64,000 nucleotides of DNA from an uncultured Planctomycetales bacterium (GCA_964583975.1 CAZOXU010000001.1:163552-227551); one strand, 5' to 3'; positions 30,374 through 40,634 are shown, counted from the first letter of the stretch. Notes: generated by a model not told the origin, from the sequence alone. Translations and numbers: made by a program.

Positions 30374-33300
30374 ATGCGACATAAATGGATCACCATAAGT
30401 CTTGCCATTGTTTTTCTGTTAGGTTGCTTAACCTACTACGCTAATCGAGTTTTACTGCCCACCTTTGTTAAGAATCTCGCTATTGAAAATGCCCAGAAAT
30501 TCCTGCACCGTAAGGTGGAAATCGAATCGCTGCACTTTAACTGGCTGCGCGGGGTTATGGTTAACCGTATCAAGATCTATCAAAAAGACTCAACTACCAA
30601 CATCTTCTTCCAGGCTGAGCGAATCTCTTCAGCCATTGTCTTTATTCCAGGTATTAAGAAGCATTCGCTGGTCTTTCCTAACGTCAAAATTGAATCGCCC
30701 TCTGGGCATCTGATTCATCAAGCGGATAATCAGTGGAATTTCTCAGATCTCTTAAACGCAGCTCCAGAAGCTAAACCTGTAGAATCTCCTATAAATGTAT
30801 CAGTGGGTATGGTCACTATCACAGGTGGCAGGCTTCTTTTGGAAGATAATCAGCCGCAAGGCGTATGGAGTGAAGATATTGACCAAATCAATTTAAAAAC
30901 CGGCTTATCATTCTCAGGCATAGGCGTGTCGTTTGACGGATCCTTGGCTATTCCTAAAAAACAAGGGTTTATCTCTCTGGCTGGTACCTATTCTCCTTCT
31001 AACCAAACGCTTAAAACCGACATTAACATTAAAAATATCAAACCAGCCGATTACCTAAGCCTGGTGCCAGGCAAGCTGCCACTAACTCTCATGAGTGCTA
31101 CTATTAAAGAAGTCAAAGCCCAGGTGGATTATGCGCCTGAAAACATCAAGATCAATGGTGATTGGTCCATTAAAAACCTGGATGCCACTTTTGCCGAACA
31201 CAATGTCAAAGCTGATATCGATCTGACCAATGCCACTATTGGAATTAAAAAGAACGTTGTTAATCTTAAAGGCGGCTATTCTTTCACCAACACCCAAATC
31301 ACCACACCCACCCTTTTTGTAGCTGGATCGTTTAAAGCAACGGTTGATGACTTTTTGATGAACTCAATCGATGATATCACGATGAAAGCCACTGTTTCAG
31401 GCGATTCACTGCAAATTAAATTGCCTAACGAACAGACATTTTCTGGCCAACTACTTGCGCAAATCAACAATAGCCACTGGCAGAAAGATAAAGGAACCTT
31501 AGAAGGTCATATTACGCTGAATCAAGCCTCGATATCGTTAAGCGAACGAGAAAACATCACTGGCAGTCTGGAATTAAAAAACATTAAAGCACGTAAAGAT
31601 AAAACTTCCACGCATGCTGATCTGGATATCAATTTAAAACGTTTGGCCGTTCGCTTTCCTGGAAAAATCCTTAAAGGAGATCTTTTAGCTAATCATTTGA
31701 ATGTAAGTCTAGATGATAAAAATACCATCAAAATTAATACCGCTCTTGATTTTCAAAATATCGATGCCACGCTTGATAAAACCACCTTTGCGGGCTCAGT
31801 GCATTTAACCCAACTCAAATTAAGCTTTGATCAGACCCAACAAATCCTCGATGCTCAATCCAAAGGATCGCTTGATCAGATCACCTTAAAAATCGATGAG
31901 CAAAAGGCCTTGAATACAACCACCCGTTTTGATCTTCAAGTCAGCTATCCTCTGAAGAAACCTGCTGATTTAACCTATCAGGGTACTGTGGCGCTCGAAC
32001 AAACGAATGTGCAAGGTCTTCCCTTTGGAGATATTAAAAATCTTAATCTAAACGCTGATATCAAAACCGATGCAGCTGACATTAAAAAATTAACCTTGGA
32101 GGTCTTAGAGACACCTATTGCTGCTACGGGAACGGTTAAAAACTTCACCAAACCACTTTTGAATATCCAGGCCCGCTCAGAAAATTTTGATTTAAGCAAA
32201 CTCAAAACCCTGGCCCCTCATCTTTTAAAACCCTACGGTTTAAATGTGGATGGCCGAGGGGCATTCCAAGTTCAATTTGCCGGGCCAGCCTTGGATCCAT
32301 TAAGCGCCTCGATCATTGCTGAGGCTAAGCTTGAAAACGTCAATGTGGAAAGCTCTACACTGCATCAAAAACTTAACAATATCTCAGGGACCTTCAAAGC
32401 TGATGGCGAGACTTTATCCTGGAATGATTTTACAGCCACCTACATGGATAAGACAGCCACGCTCAACGGCCATTTAAGAGATTTCAAAAATCCAACGATC
32501 AGCACATCTTTGGCTATGGATGGCTTGGAACTCAATGGCGAGCTTGAAAAAAATGATTCGATCATTACCATCAAAAGCATTGCCGGCCACTATCTTTCTG
32601 CCCAGTTTAACAGTACGGGAACCATTGATGTCAGCTCCAAAACGCCTCAATTAAAACTCAACAATGATTTAAAGTTCAAACTTGAAGATCTTAGCAATTT
32701 CTTGCCTGCTCAAAAGAAAAGTTTAGATGGACTTAAGCTTTCAGGATTGATTGTCAGTAAAGCGACCCTCAGCGGGCCAGCTGCTAATTGGAAAGACTGG
32801 ACTGTTACCTTGCATTCCAGTAGCGATGCGATCAGTGCAGCAGGATTAAAATTTGAAAGCGTTAATCTTGATTTGAACCAAGACGAACAGCAGATCAAGA
32901 AATTTAATATTATTAGCAATTTCTATGACGGCAATTTAAATGTGGTTACAACGGCAGACTTGAGACCTGCCGCGATTCCTTTTGAAATAGCCATCCATTT
33001 AGAAAATACTAATCTGGCTAAGCTTAAGAACGATACACCAGCTAAGGACGAAGACTTACGCGGCTTTATTGCTTTTACCACCATGATTAAAGGTGATGTA
33101 AGTAACATGATGAATCTGACAGGTAACGGGGCTTTGAATATTTCGCAAGGCTATTTAATGAAGAAAGAATATACGTCGCTGTTTTTAATCTCAGAGCTTA
33201 ACAATCTGATTTTCACCGATGCCACGGCTAACTTCGATATTGCTAATCAGAAGGTCACAACCGAGAATTTTACTCTTAAAAGTGAAGGCGCCACCTTAAA

Positions 33301-33571
33301 TGGTAACGGCTGGGTTGGTTTTGATCATCGCCTGCAGTTTGAATTGCATCCTGAGTTTAATTCTAATGCCATTGCCCAGTCTGGCTCGCTTAAAAAAGGA
33401 CCGTCGGCCATTATTGCCCTGGCGGCTAGTAAGTATTTGACCATCAATATTGATGGGACCTTAGAAAAACCAGGCATCCACACCATCAAAAAGCCTACCG
33501 AACTCATCAAAAAGACTGGTGAGATCCTCAAAGACAATGTCGGGCAAATCTTAGAAGGTATTTTCCAATAA
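30374..33571 (+). CDS. AsmA-family (AsmA/TamB-like) large envelope-biogenesis protein
   Basis: The 1065-aa product has an N-terminal TM anchor (ISLAIVFLLGCLTYYANRVLLP) followed by a long repetitive beta-rich body typical of the AsmA family. Confidence 0.5.
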   Translation: MRHKWITISLAIVFLLGCLTYYANRVLLPTFVKNLAIENAQKFLHRKVEIESLHFNWLRGVMVNRIKIYQKDSTTNIFFQAERISSAIVFIPGIKKHSLVFPNVKIESPSGHLIHQADNQWNFSDLLNAAPEAKPVESPINVSVGMVTITGGRLLLEDNQPQGVWSEDIDQINLKTGLSFSGIGVSFDGSLAIPKKQGFISLAGTYSPSNQTLKTDINIKNIKPADYLSLVPGKLPLTLMSATIKEVKAQVDYAPENIKINGDWSIKNLDATFAEHNVKADIDLTNATIGIKKNVVNLKGGYSFTNTQITTPTLFVAGSFKATVDDFLMNSIDDITMKATVSGDSLQIKLPNEQTFSGQLLAQINNSHWQKDKGTLEGHITLNQASISLSERENITGSLELKNIKARKDKTSTHADLDINLKRLAVRFPGKILKGDLLANHLNVSLDDKNTIKINTALDFQNIDATLDKTTFAGSVHLTQLKLSFDQTQQILDAQSKGSLDQITLKIDEQKALNTTTRFDLQVSYPLKKPADLTYQGTVALEQTNVQGLPFGDIKNLNLNADIKTDAADIKKLTLEVLETPIAATGTVKNFTKPLLNIQARSENFDLSKLKTLAPHLLKPYGLNVDGRGAFQVQFAGPALDPLSASIIAEAKLENVNVESSTLHQKLNNISGTFKADGETLSWNDFTATYMDKTATLNGHLRDFKNPTISTSLAMDGLELNGELEKNDSIITIKSIAGHYLSAQFNSTGTIDVSSKTPQLKLNNDLKFKLEDLSNFLPAQKKSLDGLKLSGLIVSKATLSGPAANWKDWTVTLHSSSDAISAAGLKFESVNLDLNQDEQQIKKFNIISNFYDGNLNVVTTADLRPAAIPFEIAIHLENTNLAKLKNDTPAKDEDLRGFIAFTTMIKGDVSNMMNLTGNGALNISQGYLMKKEYTSLFLISELNNLIFTDATANFDIANQKVTTENFTLKSEGATLNGNGWVGFDHRLQFELHPEFNSNAIAQSGSLKKGPSAIIALAASKYLTINIDGTLEKPGIHTIKKPTELIKKTGEILKDNVGQILEGIFQ

Positions 33572-34147
33572 ACGGCGGAATTTCTTAAGAGCGCGGGCGC
33601 GATGAGAGATCTTAGCCTTGATTGAAGGATCTAATTCGCCAAATGTTTTCTTGTAGCGAGGCACGAAAAAAAGAGGATCAAAACCAAAGCCATTGCTGCC
33701 TCGTTCCTTGGTAGCAATTAATCCACTGCAGGTCCCTTCAACTGTTCCTAATTCACGACCCTTGCCATCCACCAAGGCAATCACGCAACGATAGCGGGCC
33801 TGGCGTTTAGACATAGGAACATTTTTAAGCATGCGAAAGAGTTTCTGGTTTTTTTGCTTCTCGGTCTTTCCCTCGCCAGCAAAACGGGCCGAGTAAATCC
33901 CAGGAGCATTATTTAAGACTTTAACTTCGATGCCTGAATCATCGGACATCGTCATCTTGCCGGTTAATTTAGCAATCTCACGAGCTTTTTTTAGGGCATT
34001 GGCTTTATAGGTCAGACCATCTTCAACAACATCAGGGAGATTGGGATGTTCTAAAAGGGAAGTAACTTTGAAACCCAAGTCAGCTAACAGCGCCTTGATT
34101 TCACCGACCTTACCTTTATTGCGTGAGGCAACGATCAGTTCTTTCAT
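33551..34147 (-). CDS. rdgB: Non-canonical purine NTP pyrophosphatase (RdgB/HAM1)
   Basis: [16 protein letters not shown] ... [10 protein letters not shown] are Ham1-family motifs. Confidence 0.75.
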   Translation of the reverse strand: MKELIVASRNKGKVGEIKALLADLGFKVTSLLEHPNLPDVVEDGLTYKANALKKAREIAKLTGKMTMSDDSGIEVKVLNNAPGIYSARFAGEGKTEKQKNQKLFRMLKNVPMSKRQARYRCVIALVDGKGRELGTVEGTCSGLIATKERGSNGFGFDPLFFVPRYKKTFGELDPSIKAKISHRARALKKFRRLLENTF

Positions 34148-34857
34148 ATTCCAGCGAGATTCTTCTTTTGAATAGCGAGTAATTCTTTAATGCCTTTTTT
34201 AGCCAGCTTGAGTAATGCAGCCATCTGCTTTTCTGAAAATGTGCCACCCTCACCTGTGCCTTGCACTTCCACAAAATCGCCACCTGCCAACATAACCACA
34301 TTCATATCTACATCGGCCTTCGAATCTTCGGCATAATTTAAATCTAAAACCGGAGTTCCTTCAAAAACGCCAACGCTTACGGCTGCGACATAATCTTTGA
34401 TCGGCAGGCTTTCAATCATACCTCTCTTTTTCATCCAACCTAAAGCCATAGCTAAAGCAATGAATCCACCGGTAATTGAGGCTGTACGTGTGCCACCATC
34501 GCCTTGAAGCACATCGCAGTCAATACGAATCGAGCGCTCACCTATTTTGGTCATATCCACAACGCTACGTAAGGAACGGCCAACCAAGCGTTGGATTTCT
34601 TCCGAGCGGCCAGAGGTCTTCTCGCGCTTGATGCGTGTACCGCATGATCGAGGCAGCATGCCGTATTCAGCAGTCACCCATCCTTTGCCTGAACCTTTTA
34701 AAAATGGTGGAACACTCTCTTCAACCGAGGCCGAGCAAATCACCTTGGTTTCGCCAAACTCAATTAAACATGAACCTTCGGCATTCTTCATATAATTCTT
34801 CGTCACCTTGATCTTACGCATTTGATCGGGTTTGCGTCCATCTGGTCTTTTACTCAT
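34144..34857 (-). CDS. rph: Ribonuclease PH
   Basis: The 237-aa product contains ..[18 protein letters not shown]...VTAEYGMLP.. in the RNase PH fold. Confidence 0.8.
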   Translation of the reverse strand: MSKRPDGRKPDQMRKIKVTKNYMKNAEGSCLIEFGETKVICSASVEESVPPFLKGSGKGWVTAEYGMLPRSCGTRIKREKTSGRSEEIQRLVGRSLRSVVDMTKIGERSIRIDCDVLQGDGGTRTASITGGFIALAMALGWMKKRGMIESLPIKDYVAAVSVGVFEGTPVLDLNYAEDSKADVDMNVVMLAGGDFVEVQGTGEGGTFSEKQMAALLKLAKKGIKELLAIQKKNLAGI

Positions 34858-35252
34858 CGTCTTTTACCTTTCGGGAATTCTGCGGTCACTGTGGTGGCAA
34901 TGCCTCCGCGTGGATTCATCACAACTTCCACCTTCATCGAGCGTGGCTTGCAAGCTTTTACAAAATCATCGAGCAGCTTATTGACTAAATGTTCATGAAA
35001 AATACCGACGTTGCGGTATTCGACTAAATATAATTTAAGAGATTTGAGTTCTAAACATGTCTTGGCCGGTCTGTAACTGACATTGATTACGGCGAAGTCT
35101 GGTAAGGATGTTTTTGGACAGATGCAGGTGAATTCTGGGATACTTAAATCAACCACGTAATCTCTGTCTGCGTATTGATTCTCCCAGACTTCAATGGAAG
35201 GCATTTTTAATGCCCGGATGTGTTTTTGTTTGCCTTCATAAGAATTGCCCAT
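34854..35252 (-). CDS. queF: NADPH-dependent 7-cyano-7-deazaguanine (preQ0) reductase, unimodular type
   Basis: [14 protein letters not shown] and the QueF motif region are present in a 132-aa product. Confidence 0.8.
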   Translation of the reverse strand: MGNSYEGKQKHIRALKMPSIEVWENQYADRDYVVDLSIPEFTCICPKTSLPDFAVINVSYRPAKTCLELKSLKLYLVEYRNVGIFHEHLVNKLLDDFVKACKPRSMKVEVVMNPRGGIATTVTAEFPKGKRR

Positions 35253-35265
35253 GTTATTCCTTTTC

Positions 35266-35325
35266 GTAGGGGCAGGCCCCTGTGCCTGCCCGGCTTGAGG
35301 GCGACCACTGGGGGTCGCCCCTACC
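35266..35325. repeat. GC-rich palindromic (REP-like) element, copy 3, between queE and queF
   Basis: GGGCAGGCccctgtGCCTGCCC and GGGCGACCactgGGGGTCGCCC are stem-loops flanked by GTAGGGG..CCCCTAC. Confidence 0.4.
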
Positions 35326-36016
35326 GTAATTTCATAAATTTATGCATTTGAGGCAGTATTCTAACGTCTTTGAGAATTTTTGCACAAACATTTTGATGTC
35401 CCACACATCGCTCAACCACGCCCTTTTTCATATCCAAGAAATTAGGCTGCAAAATAAAAAGGATCTTTGGATCCACTTCAGCCACAAGCCGAGCTGCCTT
35501 CACAATTTCATTACGATCCGTATCTAACGAAATCACCACTTTGACAAAAACTTCTTTGGCCTTGGCGATTTTCAAGAAGGCTTTATGCTCCGACCAATAG
35601 GCCTTTTGCTTAGTTGAAGAAGGAAGCTTTAAGTCCATGGCAATTATATCGACATCTTTAATAATGCTTTTAAGCGCCTCGGGCAGCGTTCCATTAGTAT
35701 CAAGATATACTTTCTTCTTCGAACGTTTTAAAGCATGGCAGAAACCTCGCAAGAAATCGGCCTGTACGAGCGGCTCGCCGCCAGTGATACTTACCGAATG
35801 GCAACCTTCATATAATTCATCAACTTGAGCGAGGAGCTTCTCCTGACTAAAATTCTTATATTCACGCTTTCCATCACCGATCGAGGCAGGTGTATCGCAC
35901 CAGACACAATGCATATTGCATTCAAAAAAACGCACGAAGACCTGTGGCAGGCCGACATACTTGCCTTCACCTTGGATCGAACGAAATATCTCTAAGATTT
36001 TAGCGTTATCGGTCAC
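35321..36016 (-). CDS. queE: 7-carboxy-7-deazaguanine synthase (radical SAM)
   Basis: IFRSIQGEGKYVGLPQVFVRFFECNMHCVWCDTP is the QueE signature. Confidence 0.8.
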   Translation of the reverse strand: MTDNAKILEIFRSIQGEGKYVGLPQVFVRFFECNMHCVWCDTPASIGDGKREYKNFSQEKLLAQVDELYEGCHSVSITGGEPLVQADFLRGFCHALKRSKKKVYLDTNGTLPEALKSIIKDVDIIAMDLKLPSSTKQKAYWSEHKAFLKIAKAKEVFVKVVISLDTDRNEIVKAARLVAEVDPKILFILQPNFLDMKKGVVERCVGHQNVCAKILKDVRILPQMHKFMKLR

Positions 36017-36656
36017 TTACTCTCGCCTCCTCAAAACCTTTAGCTCTGAATCGACAGCTATCACAAGTCCCACATGGTCGGCTGCCGCCTTTATAGCAAG
36101 ACCAGGTTAATCTAACAGGGACTTTAAGTTTGACAGCAAGCTTAACAATTTGGGCCTTGGTCATATGAATGAGTGGTGTATCCACCCGGATCTGTTGATG
36201 CTCGACTCCTGCCTTTAATCCTTGAGCTAGCATGGCTTGATAGCTCTTAATGAATCGCGGGCGGCAATCAGGATAACCTGAATAATCAATGGCATTAGCA
36301 CCAATAAAAATATGACGTGCCCCGATAGCCTCGGCACACGAGGCTGCAAAACTTAAGAAAATAATATTACGCGCAGGCACGTAGGTGGCAGGAATGCCCG
36401 CTCGAGTCAGCGATTTGTTCTTAGGCAAAGAAATATTCTTATCTAACAGCGCAGAGCCTTTCCAAGGTAGATTAATCTTTACTAACGAATACGCACATCG
36501 GGCTTTTTTAGCCACAGCGATGGCTGATCGAATCTCGCGACGATGGCGTTGGCCATAATCAAAAATCACACAGTGACATGCGTAGCCTTTAGATCGGGCA
36601 TAGTAAAGCGTGGTTGCTGAGTCAAGGCCTCCGGATAAAAGCACTACAGCTTTCAT
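36006..36656 (-). CDS. queC: 7-cyano-7-deazaguanine synthase
   Basis: AVVLLSGGLDSAT is a PP-loop motif, and the C-terminal CGTCDSCRFR is a zinc motif. Confidence 0.8.
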   Translation of the reverse strand: MKAVVLLSGGLDSATTLYYARSKGYACHCVIFDYGQRHRREIRSAIAVAKKARCAYSLVKINLPWKGSALLDKNISLPKNKSLTRAGIPATYVPARNIIFLSFAASCAEAIGARHIFIGANAIDYSGYPDCRPRFIKSYQAMLAQGLKAGVEHQQIRVDTPLIHMTKAQIVKLAVKLKVPVRLTWSCYKGGSRPCGTCDSCRFRAKGFEEARVSDR

Positions 36657-36743
36657 AGGATCCTTGTCTTTCCCGAAAGCTTCAATCGGGAATCTAGTTC
36701 ACTGGATCCCCGATAAAAACATTCGGGGATGACAATTATTTTA
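36657..36743 (-). promoter_or_regulatory. Structured 5' leader upstream of queC (copy A of a duplicated element); candidate riboswitch/attenuator
   Basis: The minus-strand RNA has three stem-loops: CCCCGAAUGUUUUUAUCGGGG, AUCCAGUGAACUAGAU and UCCCGAUUGAAGCUUUCGGGA. These are followed by AAGACAAGGAuccuAUG. The same architecture recurs upstream of queD. Confidence 0.35.
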
Positions 36744-37106
36744 TTATTCATAATAGATAACGCTCGCTGTGTCAGATTCCCAAACCTGAACATGCTTGAG
36801 CTTTAAAGGACTACATTGTCGGGAAAATTCACGGTAAATATGACGGGCTAAATTCTCAGTGGATGGATTTAAATCTTTAAACGCAGGAAGATTGTTTAAG
36901 CACACATGATCTAAGGGGCCTAAGACTGCTTTTAATTTGGTTTTTAAGATCTTAAAATCGGTAAGTAAGCCAATATTGTTTAATTGATCACCAGTCACCA
37001 CCACTTCAATATGCCACGTATGCCCATGCAAATCTTTGCAAGGACCATCGTAGCCGTGAAGCTGATGGGCTGAAGCAATATGGTCTCGAACGGTTATTTC
37101 AAACAT
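36744..37106 (-). CDS. queD: 6-carboxy-5,6,7,8-tetrahydropterin synthase
   Basis: The 120-aa product has HGHTWHIEV, a zinc-binding motif of the PTPS/QueD family. Confidence 0.8.
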   Translation of the reverse strand: MFEITVRDHIASAHQLHGYDGPCKDLHGHTWHIEVVVTGDQLNNIGLLTDFKILKTKLKAVLGPLDHVCLNNLPAFKDLNPSTENLARHIYREFSRQCSPLKLKHVQVWESDTASVIYYE

Positions 37107-37220
37107 AAAACCTTGTCTTGCCCGAGTTTTTCCGCCAAAGGCGGATCCGCCTCTGGCGGAAGTCGGGCATCTAGTACACTAGATCCCCGATAAAAACATT
37201 CGGGGAGGACAATTAAGGTA
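37107..37220 (-). promoter_or_regulatory. Structured 5' leader upstream of queD (copy B of the duplicated element)
   Basis: The minus-strand RNA has CCCCGAAUGUUUUUAUCGGGG and AUCUAGUGUACUAGAU. It also has GCCCGA..(two CCGCCnnnGGCGG hairpins)..UCGGGC, followed by AAGACAAGGuuuuAUG. Confidence 0.35.
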
Positions 37221-38030
37221 CTAGAAGCTGTGTTTTTTAACGTTTTTAATATTGGTACCTAAGAATCGAACGGCACGGTACTTAAACATTTCTGGCTCAT
37301 CACTCACTAGATATAAATGATCGCACTTTCCCTTATTGCGTAACAAATTCTCGGCTTTTAAAATATTCTTAACTTCTAAGGCCACTTCCCTTGCTGAATC
37401 AACCAGGGTTACCTTTGGTCCCATGACCCGGGCGATCACCTTTTTAAGAAGCGGATAATGCGTACAGCCTAAAATTAACGCATCAACCTTTTTACCCTTC
37501 AACGGCTTTAAATATTCTTCAGCCACACGCCGGGTTATATCGTGTTCGAACCAGCCTTCTTCAACCAACGGGACAAATAAAGGACATGGATAACTAACCA
37601 CATCGGCCTTGGGTTCAAAATCGATAATTCGCCTGGCGTACTTACCGCTTTTGACCGTTGACTGGGTGGCAATAATACCAATTTTTCGAGACTTTGTCGA
37701 TAGTACAGCTTTCTTGGCCCCTGGCTCGATTACTCCTACGATTGGCACTGGACATTCTTTCTGTAATACATCTAAGGCCAGGGATGAGGCGGTATTACAA
37801 GCCACCACGATCATCTTGACCTTATGTTTTAAAAGTACTGCTACAATCTCACGTGAATAACGCAAAATCGTCTCACGAGATTTGGTTCCGTACGGCACGC
37901 GGGCAGTATCACCAAAATAAACAATATTCTCTTTAGGCAGTACGGAAAAGAGTTCTTTGACCACGGTCAATCCACCCAGACCAGAATCAAATACACCTAT
38001 AGGATTATTCGGATTAGTTCGATGAAGCAT
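37221..38030 (-). CDS. murI: Glutamate racemase
   Basis: IGVFDSGLGGLTV and the two catalytic Cys regions (VVACNTAS, ILGCTHYP) are present. Confidence 0.8.
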   Translation of the reverse strand: MLHRTNPNNPIGVFDSGLGGLTVVKELFSVLPKENIVYFGDTARVPYGTKSRETILRYSREIVAVLLKHKVKMIVVACNTASSLALDVLQKECPVPIVGVIEPGAKKAVLSTKSRKIGIIATQSTVKSGKYARRIIDFEPKADVVSYPCPLFVPLVEEGWFEHDITRRVAEEYLKPLKGKKVDALILGCTHYPLLKKVIARVMGPKVTLVDSAREVALEVKNILKAENLLRNKGKCDHLYLVSDEPEMFKYRAVRFLGTNIKNVKKHSF

Positions 38031-39048
38031 AGGTCAAAATACTGCGGGCGATAGATTCAGCTAATTTCTGACGGTATTCGCTGGAATTAAGCCTTCGTTC
38101 TTCTTGTTTATTAGTTAAAAATCCTGTCTCAACCAAAACAGCAGGTTGAACGGTATTACGCACCACAAAGTAACGGCAATGACGGGCGCCTCGGTTTGGA
38201 ATCGAGAGATCTTGGGAAATATTATGAGCTAAACGCATGGCTACTCTACCTGATTCGCGAACTTTAATCTGATACATCATATCAGCCACAATCGCATTCA
38301 ATGTATTATTGGATTCAGAATCAAGACTACGAACAAACATTTTTTCATTCTTCTGGCGCTGCTCTTCATCTAAATCACGTTTATTCTTGGTTTTAACATA
38401 GTAGACTTCCACTCCCTGAATCTTTCGAGAAGGCATGGAGTTTGCATGAATACTCACAAATAGATCAATGTCCTTATCTGTACCCATCTTAGTACGCTCT
38501 TCCAAGGTCGGGTAAGAATCAGATTCTCTGGTCATTAATACTTTTAATCCAGCTTCTTGTAAAAGAACCTTTAAACGCTTAGAAATATCTAAAACCACAT
38601 CCTTTTCTCTGACTCCAGCAAACCCCTTGGCTCCTGGATCTTTGCCTCCGTGGCCTGGATCAATCATGATGGTGCGTACCTTTAAACTAGTGGTTTCCAC
38701 ACTATAACCTAATTTCGAACGAACCGCGCCAAAAGGACCGATGACCTTGGATTCAAAATCACTGGGCACCAAAATGGTGCTGTTTTTACGACGAAGTGGA
38801 CCGCTTAAGGTTATTTTAGATTGGCCAATGAGAACAACAGCTGAACCGACCAAGGCCTTGGCCTTGTGGTCTTTATACTCAAGCAATATAACCTGGGTCA
38901 CATTATCAAACTGCCATTGGATATTGTAACGCTTACACACATCTTCTAAAGGAATGTCAGCTGTGGGAGTCACTGGCGGAACAGTGGCGCAACCGCCGAT
39001 GAAAGCAACGACCATGATAAGTAAGAATAATCTAAAATGATAAACCAT
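38014..39048 (-). CDS. N-acetylmuramoyl-L-alanine amidase (AmiC-like) lipoprotein
   Basis: The lipobox is FIGGC. The Amidase_3 motifs IMIDPGHGG and SIHANS are present. Confidence 0.75.
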   Translation of the reverse strand: MVYHFRLFLLIMVVAFIGGCATVPPVTPTADIPLEDVCKRYNIQWQFDNVTQVILLEYKDHKAKALVGSAVVLIGQSKITLSGPLRRKNSTILVPSDFESKVIGPFGAVRSKLGYSVETTSLKVRTIMIDPGHGGKDPGAKGFAGVREKDVVLDISKRLKVLLQEAGLKVLMTRESDSYPTLEERTKMGTDKDIDLFVSIHANSMPSRKIQGVEVYYVKTKNKRDLDEEQRQKNEKMFVRSLDSESNNTLNAIVADMMYQIKVRESGRVAMRLAHNISQDLSIPNRGARHCRYFVVRNTVQPAVLVETGFLTNKQEERRLNSSEYRQKLAESIARSILTYASSN

Positions 39049-39049
39049 T

Positions 39050-39787
39050 TTATGTTTGCACCGGATTCGTATGGATCGTCAAAAATATCACTGTTTCAGT
39101 TTTTTGCATTAATCGACCTTGCTTACGAAACACCAAACCCAGCAAGGGTAAATCTCCCAAAAGAGGGAGTTTCTGGGTCTTAGACATTTCTTGTTCCTGC
39201 ATCAGCCCACCAATGATGACAGAATACGTATCTTTTAGTTCAACCTCGGTCTGACTTTTTAAAATCACTGGGCTTAAAGGATCGCTGCTGTCTTTAATGA
39301 TCATTCCTAATTCAGGTAAGATTCGCAGTTTAGCCTCACCTGCAGGAGTAGTGATCCACGTCAAATCTAAATGGATAGTCGGTACTTTTTGAGGGTCAAC
39401 TGAAACGTCAATGGTGCGAGGTTCATTTTTCACCAAGGAGATAGGGCCAAAGTCATTTTGCATATAATGACCTACCGTGTCTAAGGCATCTAACAAAACG
39501 GTATAATCTTCGCTAGAAACCTCCCCCACACTAAGTCGATATCGCTTATCGGCCCAAACAGGATTATCAGCCTTTTTTAATTGCAAACTATGGAAATCTG
39601 CCACAATGGCTTCCCAGTCAATACCTTTACGATGCTCATCGTTAAGAATAATCTCAACAACCTTAGCTTCGATGGTGATCGTTTCTGAAACGCTCGTAGG
39701 AGCAGTAGCCTGCGCAATTTGTGTGTTTTGGGCAAAGAGAATCGTTGGAGTGATGAGACTGATAACAATAAAAGCTAAATACCGCAT
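39050..39787 (-). CDS. Short secreted protein carrying a secretin C-terminal signature (minimal secretin-like protein)
   Basis: It has a signal peptide (MRYLAFIVISLITPTILFAQ). The C-terminal ..SVIIGGLMQEQEMSKTQKLPLLGDLPLLGLVFRKQ...TETVIFLTIHT matches the conserved secretin motif (V/I)P(L/I)LGD(I/L)P(L/I)LGxLF ... (V/I)(I/F)(L/I)(T/V)P. The product is only ~245 aa. Confidence 0.4.
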   Translation of the reverse strand: MRYLAFIVISLITPTILFAQNTQIAQATAPTSVSETITIEAKVVEIILNDEHRKGIDWEAIVADFHSLQLKKADNPVWADKRYRLSVGEVSSEDYTVLLDALDTVGHYMQNDFGPISLVKNEPRTIDVSVDPQKVPTIHLDLTWITTPAGEAKLRILPELGMIIKDSSDPLSPVILKSQTEVELKDTYSVIIGGLMQEQEMSKTQKLPLLGDLPLLGLVFRKQGRLMQKTETVIFLTIHTNPVQT

Positions 39788-39800
39788 GGCATCTAGAATA

Positions 39801-40634
39801 TTAAATTTTCGACCACTTCGCAATGAAAAATCCTTCCATTCGACCATCGGGTATAATTCGCTCTTTGGACTCTAAAACCAGCCCCTCGGATTTGCGGGCT
39901 AACCATTCTACCACTTCTTCGTTTTCTTCCACAGCAAAGGTACAAGTACTATAAACTAATACGCCTCCTGGCTTCACCAATCGACTAGCATTGAGCATAA
40001 GTCCTTTTTGTTTATGGGCCATTTCTTTGATCTTACGTGGAGACCAATAGGCATAACTCTTGGGCTCGTCATATTTAAATCGCCCTTCCGAGGAGCAAGG
40101 CGCATCTACCAAGACCCTATCAAATGGTCGATCTTTAATGCGATATCGTCGTCCATCGACCATCGAAAGGGTCGCCTTGGCTCCGGTGGGCTCGAGCACG
40201 CTTTTAAGGCGATAGAATCGCCCTCGCACCGCTTCATTAGCCATTAAAACCCCTTCATTGTTCATAAGCGCTGCGATCTGTGAGGTTTTACTGCCAGGCG
40301 CTGCACATAAATCTAAGATCGTTTCCCCAGGCTGCGGATCTAAAAACATGACCGCTTTCATACTTTCAAGACCCTGCGGATAAAGCAATCCTTGTTCAAC
40401 CAACGATGAACTCATCAATTGTCGACTCTGGACGGCTGGAACGCTTAGGACAAGTGGAAAATCTGAGCTTATCGTAAAATCGACCCCTAGCTCTTTAACC
40501 TGCTCTTGCGCTTGCGCTACAGATAACTTCAAAGTGTTCACACGAAAATGCGTTGATGAAAGCGGTCGGCCAAAATGTTCAAAGGCTTCAGGGGGCAGTG
40601 TCGCTTGTAAGCGTTTTAAAAATAGTTCATCCAT
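39801..40634 (-). CDS. rRNA cytosine-C5 methyltransferase, NOL1/NOP2/Sun (RsmB/RsmF-like) family
   Basis: DLCAAPGSKTSQ (SAM motif), the catalytic DAPCS(S) and the TC-Cys region are present. Confidence 0.65.
   Translation of the reverse strand: MDELFLKRLQATLPPEAFEHFGRPLSSTHFRVNTLKLSVAQAQEQVKELGVDFTISSDFPLVLSVPAVQSRQLMSSSLVEQGLLYPQGLESMKAVMFLDPQPGETILDLCAAPGSKTSQIAALMNNEGVLMANEAVRGRFYRLKSVLEPTGAKATLSMVDGRRYRIKDRPFDRVLVDAPCSSEGRFKYDEPKSYAYWSPRKIKEMAHKQKGLMLNASRLVKPGGVLVYSTCTFAVEENEEVVEWLARKSEGLVLESKERIIPDGRMEGFFIAKWSKI

Noticed and set aside
36657-36743. Calling the que leaders canonical class I preQ1 riboswitches
   Set aside because: The stem polarity and loop consensus do not match my memory of the preQ1-I aptamer (GGG-loop-CCC followed by an A-rich tail). 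It is kept only as a candidate structured leader.
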